From: Candidatus Marinacidobacterales bacterium
GTDB taxonomy: Bacteria > Acidobacteriota > Vicinamibacteria > Marinacidobacterales > SMYC01
Length of the DNA stretch: 64,000 nt
NCBI GenBank assembly: GCA_965224085.1
Contig: CBDCYI010000011.1
Location: 1,280,001 to 1,344,000 of the forward strand
Direction of reading: 5' to 3'
In this document: positions 51,059 to 62,169 of the stretch, piece after piece
Layout of the letters: every line of letters starts with the position of its first letter
How positions within the stretch are numbered: the stretch's first letter is position 1
Translations under genes and position numbers: made by a program
Notes under the pieces: generated by a model
What the model was told of the DNA's origin: nothing
Database searches by the model: none
The model's input: only the letters and a program-made list of their open reading frames with translations

Positions 51059-54000
51059 CTAGCCCGCGCTCGGGAGGCGATCTCTCGAAAGCTCCACCGA
51101 GCCTTCGCCGCACATCGCTTCGAGGCTCGTTACCAAATCTGGTGTGGGCTCGACCCGCAAGTACGGGTGCGGGCGCATCACGACTTGGAAGTCGTCCCGG
51201 GCGAGCTCGAACTCGATGTCACATTCCCCGCGGTGATTCTCGAGAAGCTCGCGCAGATGCGGCAGCGTGTCCTCGAAAAAACCGTCGAGCGCGATGCGCA
51301 GTTTCATGGAACCGGCTTCGCGCTGGCGCACTTCGTCGAGGGGAACGATCTTACTCGCGAGCACTTTCCCCGTGTCCTCGCCGATCTCCGGTTTGCCTTT
51401 GACGAGCACAGCGACATCGTTCGAGAGGATGCCAAAGCTGTCCCGGTAGAGATCGGGAAAGACCACAACTTCGGCACTTCCGTTATGGTCTTCTAGACGC
51501 ATGACCGCCATCGCGTCGCCTTTACGCGTGCGAAGGGTACGAATGCTCACGATGAGGCCCGCGATCGCGACCTCTCCCTCCTCGCCCTTGTCGAGAAGAC
51601 TCTTCGTATCGCAGGTCGCATACATCTCCAACTCGGTTTGATAGCTGTCGAGTGGATGCCCGCTCAAGAAGAAACCGAGGGTCGCTTTCTCGTTGGCAAG
51701 AAGCTCCGACTCGCTCCACTCCGGAACGTCTGGCAGGCGGTCGAGCTCGGGGCTCCGGCGGACCCCGCCCATGTCGCCGAAAAGGCTCCCCTGTCCACTC
51801 TCCCGCTCGCGCTGCACTTGCTGGCCGTAGTCGAGCGCGCGGTCCGCGACGGCCATGAGCTGTGCGCGCCTGGCGCCAAACCCGTCGAAGCTTCCTGATT
51901 TGACGAGGCTTTCGAGCACGCGCTTGTTCACAAGCCGTAGGTCGACCTCCTCGCAAAGATCCGCCGGTGAGCCAAAGTGCCCGCGCTCTTTGCGCGCGGC
52001 GAGGATCGATTCGATGGCGGACACCCCCACGTTCTTGACGGCCGCAAGACCAAAGCGGATTTTGTCGCCGACCACGGCGAAGTCGAGCTCACTCTCGTTG
52101 ATGTCCGGGGGCAGCACTTGGAGTCCCATCCCTTTGCAAGATCCCAAATATTGCACGACCTTGTCGGTGTTCTGTTTTTCCGACGTCAGAAGCGCAGCCA
52201 TGAAGAAGACCGGATAGTTCGCTTTCAAATAGCCCGTCTGATAAGCGAGTAGCGCATAGGCTGCCGAGTGCGACTTGTTGAATCCGTAGCCCGCGAAGTG
52301 CTCCATCAAGTCGAACACTTTCCTGGCCTTTTTCTCCGGCACCTCGTTCTTCAGCGCGCCGGCTATGAACTTCTCGCGCTGGTCCTGCATGACTTCGGCT
52401 TTTTTCTTCCCCATCGCGCGGCGTAGCATGTCGGCTTCGCCGAGTGTGAAGCCCGAGAGCTTCGAGGCGATTTGCATAACCTGTTCCTGATAAACGATCA
52501 CGCCGAGCGTATCTTCGAGAATCTCCTCGAGCGCCGGTAGCTCGTAGCGGACCGCGACCTTCCCCCACTTGCGCTTGATAAAGTCGTCGATCATCCCGCT
52601 CCGGATCGGACCGGGACGGTAGAGTGCGTTGAGCGCGGTCAAATCGCCTAGCTTTTCCGGTTTGAAGCGACGCAGGATGTCGCGCATCCCCTCGCTCTCG
52701 AACTGGAAGACGCCGAAGGTATCGCCGCTGGTGAAGAGATCGTAGGTCTTCTCGTCGTCGACCGCGAGCGTGTCGAGATCGATGTGGACGCCGAGCTGAC
52801 GCGCAATCATCTTGACGCAGTTATCGATGAGCGTGAGGGTCCGAAGACCTAGGAAATCCATCTTCAGAAGACCGATATCCTCGCAGTTCCTCATGTCGAA
52901 CTGCGTCGTGATCTCACCTTTGCTCCCGCGGTGGAGGGGCAGATATTCCGTGAGCGGCTTGGGAGCGATGACGACGCCGGCCGCGTGCGTCGACGCATGA
53001 CGGCTCACGCCTTCGAGACGCTTGGCGGACTCGACGAGCTTTTGGACCTGAGGCTCGTTCGCGATCGCATCCTTGAGCTGTGGGACTTCTTCGAGCGCCG
53101 ATTCGAGCGTAGCGTCGAGAGTCGCCGGAATCATTTTCGCGATGCGGTCGACATCGCCGTAAGGGATGTCGAGTACGCGGCCGACATCGCGGATCACAGC
53201 GCGCGCTTTCATCGTCCCGAACGTGATGATCTGGGCGACGTTGTCCCGGCCATATTTCTCCGTCACGTAGTCGATGACCTCGGCGCGCCGCGCCTCGCAG
53301 AAATCGATATCGATATCCGGCATGGTTAGGCGCTCAGGATTCAAAAAGCGCTCGAAGAGAAGGTCGTGCTCGAGTGGATCGATGTCGGTGATGCGCAAGC
53401 AATATGCGACGAGGCTCCCCGCCGCCGAGCCGCGCCCCGGTCCGACCGGAATTCCTTGCTCGCGGGCGAAGCGAATGAAATCCCAAGTGATGAGGAAGTA
53501 GCTCGGAAAGCCCATCTTGCGGATGATGCCGAGCTCGCGTTCGAGTCGTCGGTCGTAGTCGGAGCGGGAGTGCCGCCCGAGCTCTTCGATCGCCCGGCCG
53601 TGCAAGCGCCAGCGATCGGCCAATCCTTCCTGTACGACGCGCTCGAAATAGCTGTCGACGCTGTCCCCTTCGGGCACTTCGAAGCGAGGCAGCTGGAAAC
53701 CCTCGCGCTCGAGGCTTACGTCCACGCGTGCCGCGATGGCGAGTGTGTTGTCATAGGCTTCCTGGTAGCCCTGAAAAAGCGCCCCCATCTCCGCGGACGA
53801 TTTGAAATAGAACTGATCGCCTGGATAGCGCATGCGGTGCTCGTCGGCGACTTTCTTGCCGGTTCCGATACAGAGCAGAATGTCGTGTGCTTCGGCGTCT
53901 TCACGGCTGATGTAGTGGCAATCGTTGGTCGCGACAGTAGCGAGGCCTTCCTTGCGGGCGAGCTCCATCAAGCTCGTATTCACCGTCGTTTCATCTGCAA

Positions 54001-54550
54001 GGCCCAAATCGTGATCTTGAATCTCGAGAAAGAAATTATTCTCGCCGAAAATGTCGCTATAAACGCCAGCCGCCTTCATCGCTTTCGGCAAATCACCACG
54101 AAGCGCCGCTTGGGGAACCTCGCCTTTCAAACAGGCCGAGAGACCAATGAGCCCCTTAGAATGTTCGGCGAGAAGCTCCTTGTCGATCCGTGGCTTGTAG
54201 TAGAAGCCTTCGAGAAAACCCGCCGAGACGAGCTTGACGAGGTTGCCATAGCCCTCGTTGCTCTCCGCAAGTAATACGAGATGGTTATTGGTATCCGCAA
54301 CACTCCCGTTAGGGGATTTGTCGAAGCGACTCCCGGGCGCGACATAGATCTCGCATCCAAGAATGGGTTTGACGCCGGCTTTCTTGGCCGCGTTGTAGAA
54401 ATTGACGGCACCAAACATGTTCCCATGATCCGTGAGCGCCACCGCCGGCATCTCGTAGCGCGCCGCAAGCTCGACGATCTGCCCCACACGGCTAGCCCCA
54501 TCGAGCAGCGAAAAATCACTGTGATTGTGGAGATGTACAAACGGCCGCAT
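51059..54550 (-). CDS. dnaE: DNA polymerase III alpha subunit
   Basis: HLHNHSDFSLLDG PHP domain, GPGRGSAAGS, MPDIDIDF, KMDFLGL, YGFNKSH, OB fold. Confidence 0.98.
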   Translation of the reverse strand: MRPFVHLHNHSDFSLLDGASRVGQIVELAARYEMPAVALTDHGNMFGAVNFYNAAKKAGVKPILGCEIYVAPGSRFDKSPNGSVADTNNHLVLLAESNEGYGNLVKLVSAGFLEGFYYKPRIDKELLAEHSKGLIGLSACLKGEVPQAALRGDLPKAMKAAGVYSDIFGENNFFLEIQDHDLGLADETTVNTSLMELARKEGLATVATNDCHYISREDAEAHDILLCIGTGKKVADEHRMRYPGDQFYFKSSAEMGALFQGYQEAYDNTLAIAARVDVSLEREGFQLPRFEVPEGDSVDSYFERVVQEGLADRWRLHGRAIEELGRHSRSDYDRRLERELGIIRKMGFPSYFLITWDFIRFAREQGIPVGPGRGSAAGSLVAYCLRITDIDPLEHDLLFERFLNPERLTMPDIDIDFCEARRAEVIDYVTEKYGRDNVAQIITFGTMKARAVIRDVGRVLDIPYGDVDRIAKMIPATLDATLESALEEVPQLKDAIANEPQVQKLVESAKRLEGVSRHASTHAAGVVIAPKPLTEYLPLHRGSKGEITTQFDMRNCEDIGLLKMDFLGLRTLTLIDNCVKMIARQLGVHIDLDTLAVDDEKTYDLFTSGDTFGVFQFESEGMRDILRRFKPEKLGDLTALNALYRPGPIRSGMIDDFIKRKWGKVAVRYELPALEEILEDTLGVIVYQEQVMQIASKLSGFTLGEADMLRRAMGKKKAEVMQDQREKFIAGALKNEVPEKKARKVFDLMEHFAGYGFNKSHSAAYALLAYQTGYLKANYPVFFMAALLTSEKQNTDKVVQYLGSCKGMGLQVLPPDINESELDFAVVGDKIRFGLAAVKNVGVSAIESILAARKERGHFGSPADLCEEVDLRLVNKRVLESLVKSGSFDGFGARRAQLMAVADRALDYGQQVQRERESGQGSLFGDMGGVRRSPELDRLPDVPEWSESELLANEKATLGFFLSGHPLDSYQTELEMYATCDTKSLLDKGEEGEVAIAGLIVSIRTLRTRKGDAMAVMRLEDHNGSAEVVVFPDLYRDSFGILSNDVAVLVKGKPEIGEDTGKVLASKIVPLDEVRQREAGSMKLRIALDGFFEDTLPHLRELLENHRGECDIEFELARDDFQVVMRPHPYLRVEPTPDLVTSLEAMCGEGSVELSRDRLPSAG

Positions 54551-54645
54551 AAAATTCTCAGTCCTCAGCCGTCAGCGACGTTCTTGACAAGACGCGTGGT
54601 AGCCGATAACCGGCAGCTCGTAGCGACACTGAAAACAACTCCACC

Positions 54646-56184
54646 TCACTCCCATTCAATGGTGGAAGGCGGTTTCGAAGAAATATCATAGACCACCCGG
54701 TTGATACCGTGGACTTCGCCGGTGATGCGGCTAGAGATTCGCTCGAGAAGCTCCAGTGGCAATCGCGCCCAATCCGCGGTCATGCCGTCGCGGCTTTCGA
54801 CGGCGCGAATCGCGAGCACGTGCTCATAGGTACGCGCATCCCCCATGACCCCCACGGTCCGGATCGGCAGAAGCACGCCGAACGACTGCCACATGTCGTG
54901 GTAGAGCCCAGCTTTCTTGATCTCGCTCACGAGGATATCGTCCGCTTCTCTCAAGAAATCGAGGCGCTCTCGCGTCACTTCCCCGAGAACGCGGATCGCA
55001 AGGCCCGGGCCCGGAAAAGGCTGCCGGAACAATAGCTCGTCGTCGAGGCCGAGCTCACGGCCGAGCTCGCGCACTTCGTCCTTGAAGAGCTCGCGCAACG
55101 GCTCCACGAGCTCGAACTTCAAGCGCTCCGGAAGTCCGCCCACATTGTGATGGCTCTTGATGACGTGGGATGGTCCTTTGACCGATACACTCTCGATGAC
55201 GTCGGGGTAGAGGGTCCCTTGCACAAGGAAACGGGCATTGGGGATCGAGGCCGCTTCTTCGGTGAAGACGTCGATAAACTCACCCCCGATGATCTTGCGC
55301 TTTTGCTCCGGATCGATGACCCCGTCGAGCTTTTTGAGGAAGCGCTCGGATGCGTCGACAGCAATGACTTTGAGTGACAGCTTCTTCGAGAAACGCTTCA
55401 TCACTTGGGCAGCTTCGTTTTTTCGAAGTACGCCGTTATCTACGAAAATACAGGTCAACTGGTCGCCGACCGCCCGATGTGTGAGCGTCGCCGCGACCGA
55501 CGAGTCGACGCCGCCAGAGAGTGCACAGACGACATGGTCGCTCCCGACGCGATCGCGAATCCGTTGGATGGCCTCTTCGCTGTAGGAGCTCATGCGGAAG
55601 TCGCCGCGAAGCCCGCAAATCGCGAACGCGAAGTTACGAAGGATTTCCGTCCCGTGCTCCGTATGCGCCACTTCGGGATGAAACTGCACACCGTAGTGAC
55701 CGGCATCCGCGTTCTCGAACGCGGCGACAGGCGCAGCGTCGGAGCTCGCGGTCAAGTGAAAGCCTTCGGGAAGGGTCTCGATGCGGTCGCCATGGGACGC
55801 CCAGACTTTGAGCTCGGATCCGACATCTTTGAACAGCGCGCTTGCGTTGCGACACGCGATCACAGCGTGCCCGTACTCGCGATGTTGTGCCGGGCGAACG
55901 TCGCTGCCCAACACTTTCGCCATCAGCTGCATCCCATAGCACACACCAAGTGTCGGGACGCCGAGGCCGAAGACCTCTTCTTGGCAATGCGGGGCCCCTT
56001 CGGCATAGACGCTCTCCGGCCCCCCTGACAAAATGACTCCACGTACGTGCGCACCGTCGAGCCTCGACGTGGGGGTCGAAAATGGCAAGATCTCGCAGTA
56101 TACGGAGAGTTCCCGCAGGCGGCGCGCGATGAGCTGGGTATATTGGGAGCCGAAGTCTAAGATAAGGATAGTGTCTTGAGCCAT
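54646..56184 (-). CDS. guaA: GMP synthase
   Basis: [45 protein letters not shown]. Confidence 0.98.
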   Translation of the reverse strand: MAQDTILILDFGSQYTQLIARRLRELSVYCEILPFSTPTSRLDGAHVRGVILSGGPESVYAEGAPHCQEEVFGLGVPTLGVCYGMQLMAKVLGSDVRPAQHREYGHAVIACRNASALFKDVGSELKVWASHGDRIETLPEGFHLTASSDAAPVAAFENADAGHYGVQFHPEVAHTEHGTEILRNFAFAICGLRGDFRMSSYSEEAIQRIRDRVGSDHVVCALSGGVDSSVAATLTHRAVGDQLTCIFVDNGVLRKNEAAQVMKRFSKKLSLKVIAVDASERFLKKLDGVIDPEQKRKIIGGEFIDVFTEEAASIPNARFLVQGTLYPDVIESVSVKGPSHVIKSHHNVGGLPERLKFELVEPLRELFKDEVRELGRELGLDDELLFRQPFPGPGLAIRVLGEVTRERLDFLREADDILVSEIKKAGLYHDMWQSFGVLLPIRTVGVMGDARTYEHVLAIRAVESRDGMTADWARLPLELLERISSRITGEVHGINRVVYDISSKPPSTIEWE

Positions 56185-56288
56185 CGATTGTCGCCCGAGG
56201 CCGGGAATTATAGTCATCCCCTTTCGGAATCACAAGACCTAGAGGCTCAGGAATTTGTCATGTCAACATATTGTGCTTTCGCTATAAA

Positions 56289-57917
56289 ATGACGACACCC
56301 GTGATCGGCAGATGGATGCTTCTCCTCACACTCCTGGCACCGCGTTTTGTCGCGGCCCAGCCGCCTCAAACGACGGAGGCGGCGGAGGCGACTGCCGAAA
56401 CCGGTGATTCTGAAACAAAGGCCGCCGCGGGAGAGGGCGATCTCCCCGCTACCGACGAGATCCCAGTCGAGGCACCTCCACCACCGAAACCTCCCGACGG
56501 TCTATTACCGGTGATGGAGCTCGCTCGGTTCGAATTTGCCCCGACGGACCGTCCGAAACCTCTACTCCACGGACGGGTCCTGCTCGTCGTCAGTGCATCC
56601 GGCTTCGTGGAGGCACACGACGCCGAGACGGGCGAGTTCGCGTGGAAACTCGGTCTCCCTGGAGAAGAGCTCTACGACCCCGTCGTTTTCGAGCCCGTCA
56701 AGGTAGACGAAGGCCCGGAGGCTCCCTTCGCGATTTTGCTCTCCGAACCCTCGGGTCACTTAATGGTCATCGACGGGCGAACCGGCGACATCCGACAAGA
56801 GATGCGCCTTCCCTTCGAGCTCGCACTGCCGCCCGTGCGCGGCCCAGAACAGATTCTATTCCTCGCCACGCCGTCCGGCGATATCTTCGCCTACGATCTC
56901 GAGCGGCGCGAGGTGGTGTTTCAAACCGCGACCGACGAGCCCCCGCTTGCGCTCGCGAGTACGGAAACTCTGTTGATCGTGTCCGGAGGCTCGCAAGAGC
57001 TGACAGCCATCGACCTCCCGTCCGGGAACTTGCGATGGAGCTTCGTCGGCCGGGCCGCTTTTCACGCGCCCGCTGCATTCGGGAGCGACGGCGAGCGCGT
57101 TTATATCGGCGACGACACGGGCGGGTTCTATGCGCTCGAGGCGTCGAGCGGCAAGGTTAAGTTTCGATGGTCGACGGGCGCGGCCATCCGCTCTCAGGCA
57201 CTCGTCGAGGGGAAGCGCGTTTATGTCGCGACCTTCGCGAACGCCGTCTACGCCTATCACGCGGCCAATGGCCACGAACAGTGGCGCTCGAATCTTCCCG
57301 GACGGCCCGCGACGCCGCCTTTTCGCGTCAACCAGCGACTGATGATCGCCACACTCGATGGATTGCTCGTCGAGTTGAACCCCGCGGGCGGCATCATCGG
57401 GAAACGCTACACGGCGCCCGGCGAGGTCGTGCACGCGCCCTCCTTCTATCTCGCGAAGCCCTCCCCAGAGGAACTCGACGCCGAGCTTCAAGCCGGGCTC
57501 GCCGAAGACGAGGACGGTGACGAAGACGACACGCTCGCACGAGTCGTCAACGATCCGCTGGCGCCACAGGATTCGAACTTCTTCGATCGGCTAGGGATGA
57601 CGGCCGACGAGCCCGAGATGGTCTTCGACGAAGATGCTGCCGACGCTCTCGCAGACGGCGAGAGTCTGGAGGACGCTCTTTTGGACGACGCGGAGGCGCT
57701 GCCGCCGCGCGAGCCTATGTGGTTCGAACGCTCGCGAATCGCCCTCTCCCTTCGAAACGGTGCGGTGCTCCTGCTCCAGCATCAAGTGCCCGGAGCCACA
57801 CCACCAGAAGCGACGGAAGAGCTTCCCGCGCCCGCCGAGGCAACTCCCGCACCAACGGAAACACTGCGCCCACCCCGTGTGCCCACGAAAGGACGCTCCC
57901 CCTCAGCGCAAAACTGA
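56289..57917 (+). CDS. PQQ-like beta-propeller (BamB-like) protein with an acidic insertion
   Basis: Signal peptide; repeats DAETGEFAWK, SGNLRWSF, SGKVKFRW, NGHEQWR; long D/E-rich segment. Confidence 0.8.
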   Translation: MTTPVIGRWMLLLTLLAPRFVAAQPPQTTEAAEATAETGDSETKAAAGEGDLPATDEIPVEAPPPPKPPDGLLPVMELARFEFAPTDRPKPLLHGRVLLVVSASGFVEAHDAETGEFAWKLGLPGEELYDPVVFEPVKVDEGPEAPFAILLSEPSGHLMVIDGRTGDIRQEMRLPFELALPPVRGPEQILFLATPSGDIFAYDLERREVVFQTATDEPPLALASTETLLIVSGGSQELTAIDLPSGNLRWSFVGRAAFHAPAAFGSDGERVYIGDDTGGFYALEASSGKVKFRWSTGAAIRSQALVEGKRVYVATFANAVYAYHAANGHEQWRSNLPGRPATPPFRVNQRLMIATLDGLLVELNPAGGIIGKRYTAPGEVVHAPSFYLAKPSPEELDAELQAGLAEDEDGDEDDTLARVVNDPLAPQDSNFFDRLGMTADEPEMVFDEDAADALADGESLEDALLDDAEALPPREPMWFERSRIALSLRNGAVLLLQHQVPGATPPEATEELPAPAEATPAPTETLRPPRVPTKGRSPSAQN

Positions 57918-58064
57918 AGAGTTTTGTGTCCCTTTTGACCGGAGATTGTCCCCTTCTTTGGAGGCCGAGAGGTCCAGGCCAGCTTTCGGGTTGGTACGAA
58001 ATGTGCCAGAGACCTATCCGGTCGAGAAGCTTCCAAAATACAGTGGCTTTGACACTTCTGTCAC

Positions 58065-58625
58065 ATGAAGGCTAACATGGAACAAATCATGAGAAGGCAG
58101 GCAGTTTTCGTCATATTCGGGCTGGTCTTTGCCAGCGCCGTCGCCTATGGCCAAAGGCCGAAATATCTCGAGAACCTCGAGCGGCTCATCAACAAGGCGC
58201 ACGCTCCCGAAGAAAAGACCGATGAGGAGGCCGAGGATTTTGAAGCCGACGATTTGTTGGTCGAACGGGCCATCGATTGCGTGGGCCGGGCTTTCGCCCG
58301 AGGCGAGGCGAGGGAGCTTGGGGATTGTCTGACGAAAAAGCCGAGAGTCTATCTTTCGGTCGAAGCCGGCGGCAAGAAAGCCGACAACTACGGAACGAGC
58401 CAGCTGAAGTTCATCTTCGATCAGATCTTCCGAGAAGTGAAGACGCAGTCCTTTCGGTACGACTCGCGCGATGTCGAGCGTTTCAAAGACATTGCGATGC
58501 TGACGGCAGAGTGGACCTATGTCATCTTGGATAAAGACGAAGAGGTCACCGAGTATTTGCAGTTCACGCTCGAAAAGGACGAGTCGGCCTGGAGGGTTTT
58601 CGAGATTCGCTCTGTGTCCCGCTAG
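58065..58625 (+). CDS. Secreted hypothetical protein (NTF2/DUF4783-like, inferred)
   Basis: Signal peptide; YGTSQLKFIF and terminal WRVFEIR. Confidence 0.65.
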   Translation: MKANMEQIMRRQAVFVIFGLVFASAVAYGQRPKYLENLERLINKAHAPEEKTDEEAEDFEADDLLVERAIDCVGRAFARGEARELGDCLTKKPRVYLSVEAGGKKADNYGTSQLKFIFDQIFREVKTQSFRYDSRDVERFKDIAMLTAEWTYVILDKDEEVTEYLQFTLEKDESAWRVFEIRSVSR

Positions 58626-58674
58626 ACTCGAGCTGTTTCACGGGCTAGGCTTTGGCTAAGGGTCCAGGGCCTGG

Positions 58675-59367
58675 ATGAAAGCCTTTTTCCGCTATTCGCT
58701 GCTCCTTCTCTCGCTCCTTCTTTTTGCGCTCGTCGTCGCCGACCTGCGCGCTGAGTTCCAGTATCTCGCCGAGGCGAGCGCTTGGATCTTGGTCGCGCTG
58801 GGCGCAGTCAGCCTCGTGGGGGTAAAACGCGCGTGGCCGAACCAGTCGGCCGGGCGCAGCGTAGTCGTGCTTCTGCTTTTCGGAGCTCTCTTGGCGCTCC
58901 TCGTACGAACGCTCGGCTACGAACGCGCCGCGCTCCGATCGGTCGCGGTGTGGGAAAGCGCTCGAAAAAGCGAGGGCGAGCGGATCGCCACCAAAGTCTC
59001 ATCCCAGTTCGAAGCGATTTGCGCCACTGCACGACGAGCCGCGCGTCAGCTCGCACGCTCATCCGTGATGGAGAACGCGCTCCATGCGTTGAACGGCGAA
59101 GGCGATGTCGCCATTTACGTGACGAAGAAAAAGATGAACGGAAGCGGCTTCGTAGAGATCGTCGTCTCCGATACCGGCGTCGGTATCGACCCGGAGCTCC
59201 GCGAGCGGATCTTCGAGCCTTATTTCTCCACGCGCGCAGCAGGCACCGGCCTCGGCCTCGCTATCGCCAAGAAGGTGGTCGAAGACCACGGCGGAACGAT
59301 CACTCTTGAAAGCGAGCGCGGCCAAGGCACTAGCGTTCGAATGCTTCTTCCAAGCGTTCGGCATTAG
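58675..59367 (+). pseudogene. Sensor histidine kinase with an in-frame internal deletion
   Basis: TM helices joined directly to HATPase (ENALHA, DTGVGI, FEPYFST, GTGLGL); no HisKA H-box. Confidence 0.75.
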
Positions 59368-59416
59368 TGCTCAGTGCGCGCCTTCGCGCGCCTGTCGCCT
59401 CGCTCCTCGCTCGGCG

Positions 59417-60403
59417 TTACACGCGGGCTTTCACGAACTCAACCGCAGTAGATCCTGAATCGTACGTCGTGGTATCCGCGACCGCCCAAAGCCAGAAGCC
59501 AGGCTGCGACAGCTCGATCGGACGGCGAACTCCCCCGATGTGGATCTTGTTCGAATCGGCGGCATCTACCGGGGTCGGCGACTTGGCGCCGCGCCCCGTC
59601 TCGAGCGCGAACGGAGGCTCCTGGAAGCAGGCAAGGAGGGCGCGCTGTTCGACGGGAGCTTCGAGCTCGACCCAAATCGAAGCCGCATATCCGTGGAACA
59701 CCGGTACCTGAACGAGGCTCACCGAAAGCGCGTCTTCCATGTTCGCGAGCTTCGCAGCCTCGAGGGCCACGCTCTCGGCAAGCAACATCGACCGTACGCC
59801 CGAGCCGGCGATCATCACGTTGAAAGCAACCTTCTCTTGAAACATCTCAGTCGGTGGTGGTTTGAAGCTGAGGATGTTGACGACCTGCTGATGCAGCTCT
59901 CTCGCGCCGGCATCGCCTTGAACGCCCGCGGGCAGCAAAATGGTCGCGCTCGCGGACACCGCCGAAAGAGACTCCCGGGCGCGACGAAGAGTGGCCCCGA
60001 CAAAATACGACGCCATTCTCGGCACGACAAAAAGCCGATCCTCTGCATCACCGGAAGCCGTGGGACCTTCCGCGCCGTGGACGACGACCGGCGCTTCGAG
60101 ACCGATGGCCCCTTCGACGAGCGAGAGAATACCGTCGCCGCTCGCATCGACGGCCAGCCGGTTGAAGAGATCGCTTTCCTGCCCGGCGAAAAAAATCACA
60201 TCGAGATTCGTGAAGAGATCCGGATCGAGGGGTTGTGTTACCACCACATCATCTTGAAACTGCGTGAGCGTCGCTTCACCTTCGATCTCGCTCTCGAAGA
60301 GCTTCAGCTCGATGACCGAGAGAGACCCTTCGGAGAGCAGGGAGCGTACGCGGCTCCCGAAGGGGCTTCGCGGGTTAACGACGCCGACGCGAAGCCCCCT
60401 CAT
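59417..60403 (-). CDS. Aspartate-semialdehyde dehydrogenase-like (Usg-like) protein
   Basis: LDVIFFAG, ELHQQ, VAFNV, VPVFHGY, WLWAVAD; the catalytic NPNC is replaced (VVPRM). Confidence 0.8.
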   Translation of the reverse strand: MRGLRVGVVNPRSPFGSRVRSLLSEGSLSVIELKLFESEIEGEATLTQFQDDVVVTQPLDPDLFTNLDVIFFAGQESDLFNRLAVDASGDGILSLVEGAIGLEAPVVVHGAEGPTASGDAEDRLFVVPRMASYFVGATLRRARESLSAVSASATILLPAGVQGDAGARELHQQVVNILSFKPPPTEMFQEKVAFNVMIAGSGVRSMLLAESVALEAAKLANMEDALSVSLVQVPVFHGYAASIWVELEAPVEQRALLACFQEPPFALETGRGAKSPTPVDAADSNKIHIGGVRRPIELSQPGFWLWAVADTTTYDSGSTAVEFVKARV

Positions 60404-61161
60404 GTCTCTTTCGCGTCCGCTTGCTCCGCTGCCGGGGCTTTCGGAACCCTGACAAGAGACGAGATTTTCAAGACAAACCCGCTCACAAGGTAGGTCGATG
60501 CCATGATCAAAAGCATCGCTTGAGGATGCGTGAAGACGGCGACAATGAGAAATGCGAGGAACAAGATCGTGAGATGCGGCTGCCGGCGGCGGAGATCGAA
60601 ATCCTTGAAGCTGTAATAGCGCATCTTGCTCACCATCAGAAGCGATAGTACGAGCACGAGCACGAGCAACGGGAGCGCCTGCGAGCGTGACGTCACGGGC
60701 TCCGGAAAGCGATAGACGAGCGACGCGATGACGGCCGCGGCAGCCGGGATCGGAAGGCCGACAAAAAAGCGCTTGTCCGCCGACGATTGCTGTATGTTGA
60801 AGCGCGCGAGACGCATCGCACCGCAAATCACGAACAGGAATCCGATGAGCCACCCCATGCGGGGCCACAAGCTCATCCCCCACTCGTGGGCGAGCACCAC
60901 CGGAGCAACGCCGAACGACGTCTGGTCAGCGAGAGAGTCGAACTCTTTGCCGAATTGGCTGCTCGCGTTGGCGAATCGGGCCACGCGACCGTCGAGCGTA
61001 TCCATGAGGATGCCGAGGCCTATCAAGATCCCAGCGAGCGCGAGCTCGCCCCGGATGCTGCTGATGATGGAGTAGAAGCCGCAGAAAACATTCGCGACGG
61101 TGAACGCGGTCGGCAGAAGATAAATCCCTCGGCGCGGCAGCTTGGCGTTTCGACCCTTCAT
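60400..61161 (-). CDS. pssA: Phosphatidylserine synthase
   Basis: DTLDGRVAR..S.FGKEFDSLAD..SFGVAP, RLARFN, FVGLPIP. Confidence 0.94.
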   Translation of the reverse strand: MKGRNAKLPRRGIYLLPTAFTVANVFCGFYSIISSIRGELALAGILIGLGILMDTLDGRVARFANASSQFGKEFDSLADQTSFGVAPVVLAHEWGMSLWPRMGWLIGFLFVICGAMRLARFNIQQSSADKRFFVGLPIPAAAAVIASLVYRFPEPVTSRSQALPLLVLVLVLSLLMVSKMRYYSFKDFDLRRRQPHLTILFLAFLIVAVFTHPQAMLLIMASTYLVSGFVLKISSLVRVPKAPAAEQADAKET

Positions 61162-61775
61162 GGTCTCTCCGCGATTACCGTTTCGCCGCCCTTGACTCGA
61201 TCTCCTACCTTGACGCGAATCTTGATCTCCTTCGGAAGGATAATCTCCATACGTGAGCCGAACTGAATGAGACCAAAACGCTCGCCGCGCTCGAGCTCAT
61301 CGTTTTCCTCTCTCGCGCAGACGATCCGCCGCGCAACGACGCCCGCGATCTGCCGGACGATGACCGTGAAGTCTCCGTCGACGAGCTCGAGCTCGTTCTG
61401 TTCGTTCGAAATACCCGCGCCGCTGTTATAGGCAGCGAGGAACTTCCCCGGCGAATATCGGATGCGCCGCACGACCGCGTGCAGCGGCGAGCGATTGATG
61501 TGAACGTCGAAGATCGAGAGAAAAACGCTGATTTGCTGATGCTCGGGGTCGCGCTCCCCCTTACCCACGTAGACCACTTTGCCGTCGGCTGGCGAGACGA
61601 GCAGCTTTTCATCGGGCGGAGGCACCCGTTCCGGGTCGCGAAAAAAATACGCAACGAAGGCCGCGAGGACGAAAAACGGGATGGCATAGAGAGGGCTCGG
61701 GACCAAGGCGGTAACGAGGACGCCGGGGACCACGAGGATACCGATGTAGCGAAACCCCTGTCGGGCAATTTTCAT
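61158..61775 (-). CDS. psd: Phosphatidylserine decarboxylase
   Basis: FFRDPER, SPADG, DVHINRSP, FGSR cleavage motif. Confidence 0.94.
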   Translation of the reverse strand: MKIARQGFRYIGILVVPGVLVTALVPSPLYAIPFFVLAAFVAYFFRDPERVPPPDEKLLVSPADGKVVYVGKGERDPEHQQISVFLSIFDVHINRSPLHAVVRRIRYSPGKFLAAYNSGAGISNEQNELELVDGDFTVIVRQIAGVVARRIVCAREENDELERGERFGLIQFGSRMEIILPKEIKIRVKVGDRVKGGETVIAERP

Positions 61776-61869
61776 GATTTACACCGATTGCCGGTGAACT
61801 CTCGACAGAAGCTCTGAAAATGGTGACACGGATGCCGGAATCCGTGGTCAGTGAACAGTTGGACGGTGA

Positions 61870-62085
61870 TTAGTGGCTTCGCATCATGAACGCCATCCGA
61901 TCTTTAATAACGAGCTTCTTCTTTTTGATGGTGACTTCCTCCAGCTTTTCTTCGGCACTCAAGAATCGCTGCTCCCCAAGAGCGCTCAACCGTTCATCGA
62001 GCTCGCGATGGCGCTGGAACAACTGCTGGAACTCTTCGCTCTCTCGCATGAGAACATCTTGGGCAGCGTGAGCCGGGTTGTTCAT
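61870..62085 (-). CDS. DUF465/YdcH family protein
   Basis: EFQQLFQRHRELDERL and IKKKKLVIKDRM; GGAGG upstream. Confidence 0.85.
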   Translation of the reverse strand: MNNPAHAAQDVLMRESEEFQQLFQRHRELDERLSALGEQRFLSAEEKLEEVTIKKKKLVIKDRMAFMMRSH

Positions 62086-62169
62086 CAAGGGCTTCCCTCC
62101 TTGCATACGGGTGCATCGGGCCGTGGTTAACTAAAAATATCACAGCCTCTTCGATGCCTGCAAGAATCT

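Noticed and set aside
54551-54660. guaA 3' end as an integration site
   Set aside because: No integrase or duplicated guaA end; dnaE follows directly.
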